A stretch of 63,843 nt of DNA, filler included, from Choristocarpus tenellus KU-1152 (Eukaryota > Protista > Phaeophyceae): the NCBI GenBank assembly GCA_964200185.2. It is 14 parts of 14 records of this genome, joined end to end, with 100 filler letters (N's around TTAATTAATTAA, not from the genome) between each part and the next. Parts side by side here need not be neighbours in the genome. Positions count along the whole stretch, not along the records: positions 48,245 to 52,909 come from CAXNAD020013560.1; positions 53,010 to 57,754 come from CAXNAD020013238.1; positions 57,855 to 63,843 come from CAXNAD020009227.1; 11 more parts are not named here. The stretch is one strand, 5' to 3'. The position numbers and the translations under genes are program-made. The notes under the pieces are model-generated. The model saw only the letters and a list, made by a program, of their open reading frames with translations, did no database searches and was not told where the DNA came from. Positions within the stretch are counted from its first letter, which is position 1. Each line of letters begins with the position of its first letter. This document shows, one piece after another, positions 52,222 to 63,843 of this stretch.

Positions 52222-54035
52222 GTGAGTATCTGAAAGTCACTTATTACCCTTTTACGGAGAAAATACTTTGAATATGAGGGGGCTCTAATGGTTCCTTCTT
52301 TCCCACTCCGTTGTCCTCCTCATTTTATGCAAGGAAATCGCATCCTGCACCTGTTGTTTCTGTCTGATTGTTTTGGATAATCACATATAGCACTGATGCT
52401 AGTCCCAACGCATTGCCATTGTGCCCGATACCTTGGTCTCTGGGTTGTGAGGGCAGGCCGCATCTCTGTCCTTTTGCACATCTCAGCCTCTCATACCCCT
52501 CCCTGTTACAAACTCAAAACGGTCTAAGGAGATGAACTCTGTCACCTGAGTTTTTCTTATGGAGAGTGCATACACAACCTCCACAGACTTGCGCCATCAA
52601 TAACCATGTAGCAAAGGTGATGCAAAAGAAAACCATTTTACCCAGTGAGGTGTAGTCGACACATGTCACAGTGAAAGAATAGGTGCATATTTTTTTGCAT
52701 GCTTCCTTAGTTTCTGAATCACATTTTTGATCTTGGTATCAATCTCTTTTGTTATTTCCTTGTGGCATCTGCTTGCCTTGTCCTCGGGGACAGGCCTCTG
52801 CCAGCCCTAACCAAATCAAGCCTAAAGCTGCACATTTTTTTAGGTGACGCATATAACATGGCAAGAGTAGAGAGTCGGGGAAGTGGCTCAAGTATCTAGG
52901 GGGGGAGGGNNNNNNNNNNNNNNNNNNNNNNNNNNNNNNNNNNNNNNNNNNNNTTAATTAATTAANNNNNNNNNNNNNNNNNNNNNNNNNNNNNNNNNNN
53001 NNNNNNNNNAAAACAGACACTCCATTTCCTCACAAAGGCGGCCCACCCCCCCCCCCCCCATCCCATAAGCCTTCCCATCTCCACCCACAAATCAAAATCA
53101 TCAGGCTGAAGGGAGTGTGTCACATTTTCACCCACTCATCTACATGGTATATATAACATCCCCCCCCCCCCAGAAAAAGAAGGTATCAACAAGGCAATTG
53201 GTAAACCACAAAGACGATAAGGACTAGGTTCAAGACCACACTAGTACATATTTTCGAAATAAACTACAGCATAAACAAGGTAAGCTACCGCCTTCCAATA
53301 TTGCAATGGTCCTGCATGCTCTACAGTGTGATACCAATCACACTGCGTAAAGTAGATCAGGCAGGCACACCAAAAAGGCAGTAACATCAAGTATAACTCA
53401 ATTGGATTAACAAAACAGCGGACACTTGGATCTTTGAAAGGTGTCCACCAACCACCAGATACCTGCCAACAAAGAGACAAGAGTGCAAGCTGCAAGTAAC
53501 ACAAAATCACCCTATAACCCTAACCCCTCAATAAGAACCTAAAATTATTTTTATTTGTTGATGTGCAAGTTGAAAAAAAGGAATACACCCTAGAAAGAGC
53601 TTCCATCCAAACCAAGCACATTGCCATTGACCACCAATAGCTGCAAAAGTCAGCACAGGGCATACCAGTAGGCAATAAAGAGGCATGTCGACACAACTTT
53701 CCCATTTGCTAAGAACATGATCGCAATCTAGATTCTTACTTTGCAATAGATACCACTAACACCTTAACTAACTTACGAAGGCATCAAGCCAAGAGTACTG
53801 AACACATTTCTGCATCCCCTGTCAGCCCCTCTCATGAATCACATATCCCCCCCAAGCATGAGGTGTGTACCTGGAGGACATTAAATGTAATAGGTTCAAA
53901 AATACAGCAGCAGGCTACACTCCTATCAAAGTCACGCCAGAATGGAACTACAAAATCCTTTGGAGGGAAAGGTACCCCCCCAGTCGGCCATACCATGTAC
54001 CTCTAACCCTGAAGAAAAGATAATTCAAACTGTAC

Positions 54036-55219
54036 CTTTCTAGGTGCCACAACAGAACTGTTCTGGCGCAATCTCTGCTCCATGTGACCTTCATAGTCGT
54101 ATGAACGCAACACTCGACTCTCATCTCTGCTGGTAGTGTCGGAGGAACAAGTCGCCTTTCTTATCGCAAGCTGACAGTTTCATGGACAACCAAGGGGTAA
54201 AAATACTGTAACTGTAGCTGCCACTGTACAACTTGCTTTGTTTACCTGTGATGCAATTGCACCTCTACCGTGTTGGACAGGTGCCAGGACAAGAGGCAAC
54301 TTTACTATGGGATAACCACACTGGTTTCATTTTCAAACAGATCACCACTTAGATCTAAAAAATAATCTTGGTTTGACTTAGGTGTTCTAAGCACAGGCCT
54401 AGGGTATTGTAAGAAGTGGTTGGGTTAAACCAGTCATTGATGGGGTTTTGATTCAAGAGCTTGATCAACTGGATAAGGATGAGGTAAGAACAATATTTCC
54501 ACCGAGATCGCCAAAGGGCCGGCCTGCATGATGCCTTTATTTGGCGGAGTGATAGTCAACAGGCTGTGTTTCTTTGTACAATTGCATGTAACAGAGACCC
54601 CAAGACTGCCTACAACGACGACACAACTCGACGGATTGCCACTTGGTAACAGATGTTACATTTTATCTCAACAGCCTTAGCGATTCATTATCCCAGAAAA
54701 GGAGAAAGCACGGCCAAGGGTCTTTGTGTAAGAGACACTCCAAAATCGCAAACCACGCCCAGAAATGCAGTCGGCTCAACACTCAAGCACTGAGGCCCCA
54801 CTTTCTACCGCTAGCTGAGAGTGATTCCTATTGCACTAGAAGAACCCAACTTAGGCTGTACAATATCTTAACACGGCAAAATCCCACCAAATACGTGCAC
54901 TGGAGGAAACTTGGGGTTGCTGCTACGGCCAACATAGCAGACGAGACAGGTATCTCTCACTTGGAAAAATCGGCAGACCCATACATGACCTACACAATAT
55001 CCCTGGTTTAGCAACTCTTGACTGTCTACTGATGGGGCCATATTTCGAGCACTGTGGCGCTCGTCCCCTCACCTCTTTCGCCTTCTCTTCAGGTGATCCT
55101 GACTTGGGAGTACGAAAGGACCGACCATCACCACAGCAGTACATCACAGTACCCACTACCACCGCCCCAACAGCTGCTCCCGCAGCAAAGATAACCGCAG
55201 ACTCCTTGCGTGAGCTCAT
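54036..55219 (-). CDS. Uncharacterised protein with an N-terminal membrane anchor, first exons (55073-55219, 54036-54170)
   Basis: MSSRKESAVIFAAGAAVGAVVVGTVMYCC joins in phase 0 to LAIRKAT...YDYEGHMEQRLRQNSSVVAPRK. Confidence 0.6.
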
Positions 55220-55858
55220 TGTCCTCGTATGGCCACTGGATCGGCGAAAGGTACAGGGATGGGACGCGTGTTTCAACGTGCGATCACTACTTAATCATTC
55301 GTGGCTTGGTTCAAATTCATGGCAACAGAACCCCCAACACTCTTTCGATGCCTTGCTAACCCTAATGATCTCTTAGGCATAAGAGCATAGAATCGAAGAA
55401 GTGGATGGACCCTGCAACGTACACATGGTGGACTTCAATATGGATGTAAAAATGGGATCGTATGGACCTCTCAAGATAGCCCTACGCAGCCCAGGCTGCA
55501 GTGCCCGGTTAATGATTCCGTTGACAGTGCGCTCCACTGCGGAGTAGAGCAGCGGTCCTCTGTCGACCGTCGTGCTTGTGGCAACGGAGATGAAATGTCA
55601 AATTTCAGAGGAACTGTAAGTAGTGTGAGGTATGTGTTTTGTTGTCGCTTTGGCGACCAACGTCTTTCCATAATCAACCAAACTTAGGGCTAGGGATAGG
55701 GGTAGGTTTCGTATTACCCACACCAATCCAATTGCAAACCCCTATCCCTCTCTACTTTGTTGCCTGTTTTTAAGAGGGTCAACTCTACCTTTGGGAACAA
55801 ATACACTCATATATATATATACACACACACTTCTGTAGCGCACCTATCCGTAGAGGCA

Positions 55859-56946
55859 ATGGCGTCGCCTGGTGGGATGGAGAGCAATGCTCAAGTGCAG
55901 GTGCCAATCCAAAACCTATGTTTACCTAAACAGTTTGTTGTGTACAGTTGTTGTGGATCTCTGTGAAGAAGGAAAACAGTATGGGCTACGCCATAAGGAA
56001 TTAGTGGATATCCTCTTTCCAAGCAACTAAGATATGGGGCTGAAAGAGGGGTCGATTTCTGAAGTCTGCAATCCAGGGGGCGGTCAAAATTGGCGTGGGG
56101 CAAACGCCACACTTCCCCTCTTTTGTAAGCAGAGCACCAGCACACTCCTGAAGCCAGTCAACGATTGTAGATAGTTCTTATGGTCTGCTCAGAGCAGTTC
56201 ATTTCTCGGTACAGCAGAGCTAACTTGTGCATACCATTATTGGATACCCCCTAGTATCTCTATCTCAACGCTCTCGTGATACTTCAATCATTCCGTTAGG
56301 ACAGTACGGGATATGAGTGCACCTGTGCGGCTACAGATCCGACAGCAGTGTCTTCCGCCTGGGAAGAGGATACCATCCGGAAAGGTGGACTCGTTAATGT
56401 TACCACGGCGGCTCTCGATCTTCGCATGTTCTGTGGAACATGGAATGTTGCAGGTGAGGGATGTCATGTGAGGCATCTCGGGCGGTCCTTGTTCAACGAA
56501 CGAGCCTCACTATCCTTCCTCCATATTCTCGAAGCACCAAAAAATAGCAAGGAGCCAGGCGTTTGAAAGTTTGGTGATTCAGACTAGGTTGGGATTGGGT
56601 CACCTCTTCAGGGAGTGGCAGGGGACAGAAAAGCACAGGGATGTCAGCTACCCACCGAAAAACCATAGTAGTGATAGTCTAGTTGTTATTGACCTCTCAA
56701 CTTGAAACAAATTTACTTGCATCCGGTGCTGACCGTAAGATGCAAAACTGAAAGAAAGTAACAAGCAGGGGATTAGTCGCAGGCCTTGCCCCTATCCCAG
56801 TTCAAAACATTTATCGTGTATTCCTTGGTGTAGGCCGGGTACTGGAAGATACTGACAAGATCGCAGAATGGCTAGATGTGGATCTGGAGGGCGAGGAAGG
56901 GGGTGGGGGAAGTCCACCAGATATGTTTGTGGTCGGGTTTCAAGAG
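55859..56946 (+). CDS. Inositol polyphosphate 5-phosphatase, 5' exons (55859-55900, 56300-56453, 56834-56946)
   Basis: LRMFCGTWNVAG and EWL...PPDMFVVGFQE are IPPc signature motifs. Phases are consistent. Confidence 0.9.
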
Positions 56947-57854
56947 GTGCGCTCCCACCTCTCACATAAGGCCCCAGTACTCTCTCTCTATGTCCTCGTA
57001 CCGGGTTCAAGGTGCCCACATAGCCATTGTGGCACTGGATTTTTTTTTTATGACACTGACACCACATTCTCAGTGGTGTAACAGCTGTCTTATGCAACAA
57101 CAGGTTAATGTAAAATTGTATGTGTGCGAACTGAAAACTGAAAGTGACATTTTTGTTTTTCCCACCGATTTTTGTCGGAATTGTGACGACGATTGCATAC
57201 ATGTCCTACATCTGTTTTCCTCTTAGTTGTGTGCTATTATAGAGGTCGATGTAGCATTGGTACTGGAAATTGTTTTTCCGGTCACTAGGTAGTACTGTAT
57301 AGGATAGGTATCCACTTTGTCGACAATATTGAACAAGGTTTACAGAGCGGATTTGTGTTGGAAGAGGTGAGTTAAGCTATGCACTGCTGCATGATTTGTC
57401 TGTCTCCTTCCCCACTCTCTTCTTCTTCAAACAAATTCTGATTGGTTGAGAAGTAGTGACTACTGTGCACATGGCAATACCAAGGCACTGATGTGTGCCT
57501 TGAGAAGAGTAGAGCAATATATATTCCACTTTTTATTATTATCATTCTTATTTTATTTTTTAAAACTACTTTTCACCAGGTTTTGATAATGATAGCTTGT
57601 TTTATCAACCTTAGATAGTTCTCGACTTTTTTTCTGTTTGTTGTGCCTCCCCCTGCTTGTATCATTTGAAGGGGTACTGATTGAGTGCTTGAAGTTATCC
57701 TTTTGATGCGATGATGTAGTTGTTCTGAGATTATTAATGGGATCAATGTATTACNNNNNNNNNNNNNNNNNNNNNNNNNNNNNNNNNNNNNNNNNNNNTT
57801 AATTAATTAANNNNNNNNNNNNNNNNNNNNNNNNNNNNNNNNNNNNNNNNNNNN

Positions 57855-57936
57855 ATTCAAGTACCCTTCCCCCGGGCCGGGCCCCAATTGACCCCCTTGT
57901 GTTACCCCCCCCCCCCCCCACACAGATACTTTGAGC
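57855..57936 (+). mobile_element. Terminus with the shared TIR but a different interior (possible family D)
   Basis: Reads CCCCAATTGACCCCCTTGTGTTA(C)nACACAGATACTTTGAGCC. Other bare termini occur at ~60-75, 7430-7451, 16970-16990, ~21818-21840, 48245-48274 and 52884-52909. Confidence 0.65.
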
Positions 57937-58166
57937 CTTCTGTTGCATCTTCAATGTACATTCCTGCCAGTGTAACCATGGCGTCTCCTTCCCTGATCCA
58001 ATACCCACCTGGAACGCCACCCTGTCACGGTGCAGAAGATTACGTACTTTTATATCACAGAGGGGGCAACAAACGCACCTTACCAAAATCTTCTCGACCA
58101 CCCAACGCCCCTCAACAGTAACCTCATGTTCTTAGATATTTTCGTGGAAGGGCAGACATTATACAC

Positions 58167-61100
58167 CTGTAGGTACAGCGAGATGTCTTCGTGCTGGGGT
58201 ACATAACTGGGACCGAATCCGTTCCCCTCCACCTTCTCCTTCATATCCTCAATGATAGACAGGTATTCACTGCAAGCGTAGTGAGCATGGGAAGGGGCTA
58301 GTCGCTCCCAAACAGTCGCCCAGGTCTTGGTTTCGTTGATATTGTAGTCTACATGTGGGATGGGGTCTCCGTGCCTGGGAATACATGTACTTAGCAATTT
58401 TAGTTTAGAACTTTTTCTAAGGAGACGGTGGCATTGGGGGGGTTGGTTCGGTAGTCTTTGCAAGAAAAATGCTGACGATTTAGTATGACTTGGATTGGGT
58501 TTGAGGTGAGGGTTAGGAGGTGAGGGTTAGGGTCAGCGGGTCCAAGTAAGGATATAGTGTTGAGAGGGGGGTTCTAATACCCAGGATTAGTTTAATGGCT
58601 GGGCAGGTTCTACTCGAGTCCAAGGATAGTGTGACCCTACCTTACCAAGGGTGAATTAACACAGCAATGAGCACCGAGGAGGAGTACATGACCGCAAAAA
58701 TTGTTGGAAAAATGATATCCAGAGGAATATTCAAAGGATCAGGGTAGATGGCATTTACATTTTGGTATTTCCCAGAACCTACCATACATAGTACTTAGTG
58801 CTTCAAAGCAAATACTCTATAGTTGTGCAATATGGTAGATGAGAACTCCCCCTGCAGAGACCACAAGACAAATATTTTTTTTAACTAACAAGGAGGGTCC
58901 TAATGCAACTGTGATTTGCATAATGGTTTAGAAAGATGGACATCGCATACATATAGTTGCGGAATATATGGCAATACTGAACTTCAATATTTTGAGCAGG
59001 GGGCATCAACTGAATGCAATCTTGTTGTGTTCGTCATAAGCTCTCTCCGTTTCAGTTACAAAAAAAAAAGAGGACAAGCCCCTTTATAAACTGTAAACAA
59101 GCAAGCCTACAGAACGACCCTCGACTTCTTAACACCAAGTGCTCCCGAATCCAAGTCCCATACCTCCAATACCTACCAACAGGCAGGCACCAGAATACCA
59201 ACGAATTTTCAAGGAGGGTTTTCCAATATTCCGGTATTTCTCAACTTGTGTGATATACCTACTCCAATTTTATTGTCAATTTCAGTGCCCATCAGCATGT
59301 GAAGTAGAAGCATTTTTCACAGGCTAGTCACGGACAAATCCAGAAATTCCACGTTTTCCGTTGTCTTGGAAATCTGGAGCGGTATTACACTATGAACTTC
59401 CTCCCAAAGGTACAAGTAACTCCACATATACCATCAACATTTTTTCCTCGGACTCATACTGCATTCCGACTAAACAGAAACCCAAATAAAAGCACTGGAG
59501 TCAATCCCTTGGTTCCTGCTCTTGACCCCTTAAATAGAAAAAGGGGACTATAGCAATTGAGTCATGTCATCGGGTATCGGCAAACAAGAGGGAAAAGCGG
59601 CTTGGGAAAGTCGTGCAGGATGAGGGGATGACGAGGTCACCCTGTGCAACAAAATAGACCAGGACATTGTAGTGACAACAGCTAGTATTTAGAATTTAAA
59701 TTAACCTCTCCAAAAGTTAATCAAATAACTATTTACTACTGCGTGGTACCAAATTGTTGTGTAAATTGTCCTATACTTTGGGGAGAAAAGAGAACAAGAG
59801 ATCAAGGCAAGAACATGTCGAGCACTTCCAAAGTGCAGAAAAGACCAGAGCTCTAGAGTTGTGCACACTTCAACTCTGTTGGTCAATTGTTGCCCTTCAA
59901 GATTCTCGAAGGTTTGCCAACTACTCTAGAAAACGTGGATACTGGCGTTTGTTAGCCAGAGATGGGAGGGACAGACCGCTCGACTGAGTAATGATCTCAT
60001 AGTGATTACCTGTATTCGAGGGCTGCACTGGCGAGCTTCTCTCTTCGCAAGCGGTAATCCATATCAAGGAACCCAGGATGATCCGCCTGCACATGAGGGC
60101 ACAGCAGCACAAACAACTCAGAAGGGCAAGGCACTGTTCGCAGTCATACTTACCCTCTTCTATAAACAACATAGTTTACATTGCTCCTGCTTGAAATCGT
60201 ACCCAATGTCCTTGCCGTGCTAATATTAAAGAGTGCCATATTTCCTTGTATCAATATTATAGAGGGTGGAACATAACATGCAGGTAGGAACTTCCAACTA
60301 GCTTCCACAACCTTGCCATGCTAATATTATAGATTGCCGTATTTCCTTGTACCGATATTGTAGGGGGTGGAGCGTAACATGCACGTAGGAACATGCAACT
60401 TGTTTCCATAACAACGTAGGGTTAGCCTGTTTCTTTTACAATCGTCCGACTTAGGCACTCTGCTTGCAGACTGACCCCTTGGCCCAAAACATCCTAGAGC
60501 GAGGGAACGGTTTAACCCAGGTCGTCCAATCAGGGCTTGAATAGGTATTGTAATACATCCCAGTTTGATGCCTGTTTTAGGGGGATTTTTCTTACGGTTT
60601 TGACCCAGGTAGGAGGGTGGAAAAGGAGGGTACATCCAAATGAAGCAAATAGTATTTTCATCTGACAAGTTCATTCATACAAGATGAAGATCACTAAGAA
60701 TCACTAAGACCACGAATGGACGCTTGGCCCTCTTGCTAGGATACTATGGGCCGATAATATATGGAACTAGGGGAGGTTTTAAGTCTAAACTTTCTCTTTT
60801 TGCCCTATTGCATATGCATGCAGGTCCTTGTGCTTGCAGGCTACATATCCCTAGCTTTGCATCCAATATTAGGAATATAGGTGTGTGTATGTACCAATGG
60901 GATGGCCTACTTGACGCATTGAGCCAGTAGGAAACTCTTGTAGTGAGATGAGAGCGAAACAAATAAAGCGATATACACTCCCAGATCTGTTCCTAGTACT
61001 GGCTGTAGTCTCTTGGTCCTCAATTCTACCATCTCTACGGGAAGGAACCAGCAGTACTCACTTGTGCAGGACATTTGCAATATGTCATAGCGACCCTCTC

Positions 61101-62331
61101 ATGATGGATGTAGGCAAAAATAAAGGGGTGGGGGGTGTGGGGTGGAACAGATTATACGTTTTCACTAAGCCACCTCAGATTATGGACATCCCGACCTTCT
61201 TCCAAATGTACTCTACCAAGTTCAGGATCTAGTCGATGCATCTAATACCCAGTAGAATTGGAACACGGACAACTAACACGCCAGAATGTTGTGCCAAGAC
61301 CATTCATCCACCTAACATTCAGAAAATTATCCTCACATCAATGTTATATGTCTTTATTAACAAAGGGATACATTCGCAGTAACACAGTGATGCTTCAACA
61401 TCAAATATAGTGTATATGAAGCAAAGAGCTGCACCATTCAAAAGGGTACACGTTCTACCCCTCTCTGTCCGTTCAGGGCTTGATATATTGTGTCCAAACA
61501 ACAATTTTTGAAGCCCTCCTTTTTTCGTTTTACTCTGTTCCAGATATGGTTTGATGTACAAGAATTGTCGATTTTGAAGCCCAATTTTCATTCTACTCTG
61601 TGCCAGATTTGGTGATGTGGCACTGCAACCTACACCAAAATACAAGGCAGTGTCATCTGAGGACTGTGGGGTGCTTCAGTGCAAAACATTGTACCCAACA
61701 CTGGCACTGTTGCCTCAGATGTGAGGACCTGGACCTGCACTGAGATGAGAACTCGGTCCTGTGGCGAGAGCACAGTCCTATGAAAAGGCGTTATCTTTTC
61801 TACATACCAAGGCTGTTGGAATTGACCTTGTCCTCCAGATTTCCATAACTCCTTTGCTTGCATTCGTTTTTTGAAGCTGAGTATGGATATTTTCCGTTCT
61901 ACTGTCTCTCCATCAGGAACAACATACAGAAAGCAGCCTTTGGCAGAACTCCTCCCTCATGTACAGCGAAACCTTTACCCCAAATCTATTATAATCCTGA
62001 TCCCGATCTTGATCCTAATCCCATGCCTAACACACCCACTCTTGAATACAGTATCCAAAGCCTCCCACCATGTGATACTACTACTCCAGAAGTACGTAAC
62101 AGCAGAAACAAATACATTCACTCAATGCTATGTAGTAGTGTGACACATGAATAACGATCATTCTTTTGCGAAATATCCTGACACCTTACATTCTAGCCCA
62201 TTACACTATCAACATTACGTAGTTTTCAATATTGCAATATGTTGGCTTGCCTCCAGATCACCCCCGGCACGAAGCACGTTGTTGGCCACAGTGTCGAGGT
62301 CAGAAATATGAACCGGGAACCAAGGCACTTC
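58167..62331 (-). CDS. PAH: Phenylalanine-4-hydroxylase (biopterin-dependent aromatic amino acid hydroxylase), exons 62251-62331, 60010-60086, 58167-58374
   Basis: The joined peptide is EVPWFPVHISDLDTVANNVLRAGGDLE|ADHPGFLDMDYRLRREKLASAALEYR|HGDPIPHVDYNINETKTWATVW...YACSEY...PQHEDISLYLQ. Confidence 0.93.
60210..60411. repeat. Tandem duplication, 101-bp period, in a PAH intron
   Basis: CCTTGCC.TGCTAATATTA.AGA.TGCC.TATTTCCTTGTA...TAACATGCA.GTAGGAAC occurs at 60210 and 60311. Confidence 0.9.
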
Positions 62332-62745
62332 CTTAACCAGTCCGTTGGTAGAGACCAGGATGGGATGGAGGCATTTCGATGGAACATATGAAGGCAGGAG
62401 GACAAAGAGAAAAAAAACATACAGTGGAATATGAAATACGTTGTCAGAGAGCACACACTCAAGCATCCCAATTTAGACACCTATCCTCCATTTTAATTTT
62501 AATTTTATTATTATTATATTTTATCACAGTTGCTCTAACTTCGATGTACAACACAGAAAAAAGGCCTCTACAAACTGCACAACCCAACTCATATCGTCAT
62601 CCAGCCCTAAATACAAATGAAAGCTACTTTCGTTTCCCATGATCATGAGCCAAGTTTAACGTCAACCATGGCATCATCTCCCCTCCCATTGTAAATTGCA
62701 TTAACATATCTACTGTCATTTACAATCAATTTCTGAATAACAGGA

Positions 62746-62918
62746 GACCCAAAGTGTCTGGGGGGGGGTCTACATCAGGGTGTCCGTTTGGTCCATAACC
62801 AGAAAAAGTGCACTTACATTATCCATCCTACATATGCAACCAAATCACACAAAAATTGCGACACAAAAAAAATTGTCCCCAATTGGACAGCCGCCATCCC
62901 CCCCAGATACTTTGAGCC
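62746..62918 (+). mobile_element. MITE family B, full copy in a PAH intron
   Basis: Ends are GACCCAAAGTGTCTG(n) and CCAGATACTTTGAGCC. Flanks are AGGA/AGGG. Confidence 0.93.
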
Positions 62919-63149
62919 AGGGGGTCAATGAAGCCACCCCCACCCCAACTTCAAGTTATTCGTTTGAGTGACTTGCTATCTCACTGGGCATACTTACCAA
63001 CCAATCGCTCATAAATTTGTGCAGATTGAGGGATAGGAAAGTTCGACAACCTACCGTTCCCGCTAGATTTCCTTTTTTAACAATAAAGATCTGAAAAAAG
63101 AAGTGTTGTATCTATCATCCTGTTTTTTCTCTATTTGGGGGTGCAAGAT

Positions 63150-63600
63150 AGTCTGTATGACAGAGAATCTCCACCAGTTCCTCCATCTGGTGAAACTTCA
63201 CTACCATCACCACCAATCCCTCTTATGTTGCATCGGATATTTTGCTGAGGGGAGCTCACAACGACCATGCTTTGTCCTACAAAGATGCCCTCTGTGAAGA
63301 GTATGTGTGAGGGTACTCGAGCCAACTATGCGATATTCGCAGGGTCGGTTGCACATACGGGGGATGAATGACTTCCTAAGATGTTGATGTTTGAGGAACT
63401 TCCAGTTGGGAAGAGGAAGCAAAGTGGACGGTATAAGAACTGGTGGGTGTGATGCACCAGCAAGACGATCTTGAGAATTCTGGAACCACAGTAGTCAAGG
63501 GATGGAACATAATGGCAACAAGACAACACATGTGGTACGAATTTGTGGTTGACAGGACATCAAGCCTCGTGGCAGAGTGACGTTCCAAGGAAGGTGTGGT
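63150..63600 (+). mobile_element. Degenerate RTE-type non-LTR retrotransposon, post-RT region
   Basis: IFAGSVAHTGDE*LPKMLMFEELPVGKRKQSGRYKNW resembles the RTE motif GHV.R....RLPK.LLYGEL..GKR..GR..K.W. Confidence 0.6.
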
Positions 63601-63843
63601 ACCTGATGTACGCTATACTAAAGCAGCAGTTGAAGTAGTCCAAGCAACCATCACCACCACTATCTGCTGAACGCTGAATGTGACCTTCTCATTACATTTT
63701 TCTTTACCTTTTTTGTGTCCTTACTATGACCTGTCGGTGATGAGTGGAGTTTTGTTATTAGTTTGGATTAGATGGTGTTCGTAGATAGTGCTGCTGATAC
63801 ACTATAGACACCACTGGTGGATTATGTGATAGGGTAGAGAGCC

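Overview
This window is eukaryotic draft-assembly DNA. It is 14 unrelated short contigs joined by 13 artificial N-TTAATTAATTAA-N linkers, so nothing across a linker is synteny. The host is probably a plastid-bearing alga, possibly a brown-algal or related stramenopile; this is inferred from intron-rich genes, a DUF1517/FLAP1 homologue and TTAGGG tracts. Partial multi-exon genes: DUF1517/FLAP1, EMC7, a TPR-like protein, two IQ-motif proteins, two different ubiquitin-specific proteases, an SH3 protein, an ankyrin/coiled-coil protein, an inositol polyphosphate 5-phosphatase, phenylalanine hydroxylase and several orphans. The main unexplained structure is a set of 3-4 MITE families with different interiors but a shared bipartite terminus (GRNNNAAAGTATCT plus an internal GTCCRTTT box) and 3- or 4-bp target duplications. 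About 25 copies or ends are present and lie at many contig breaks. Two copies interrupt reading frames, and two longer elements with the same ends are candidate parents. Splice sites also look relaxed, with three inferred GC donors and several AAG/GAG acceptors. All gene models were assembled by eye from splice signals and phase consistency. No CRISPR, rRNA or convincing tRNA was seen.
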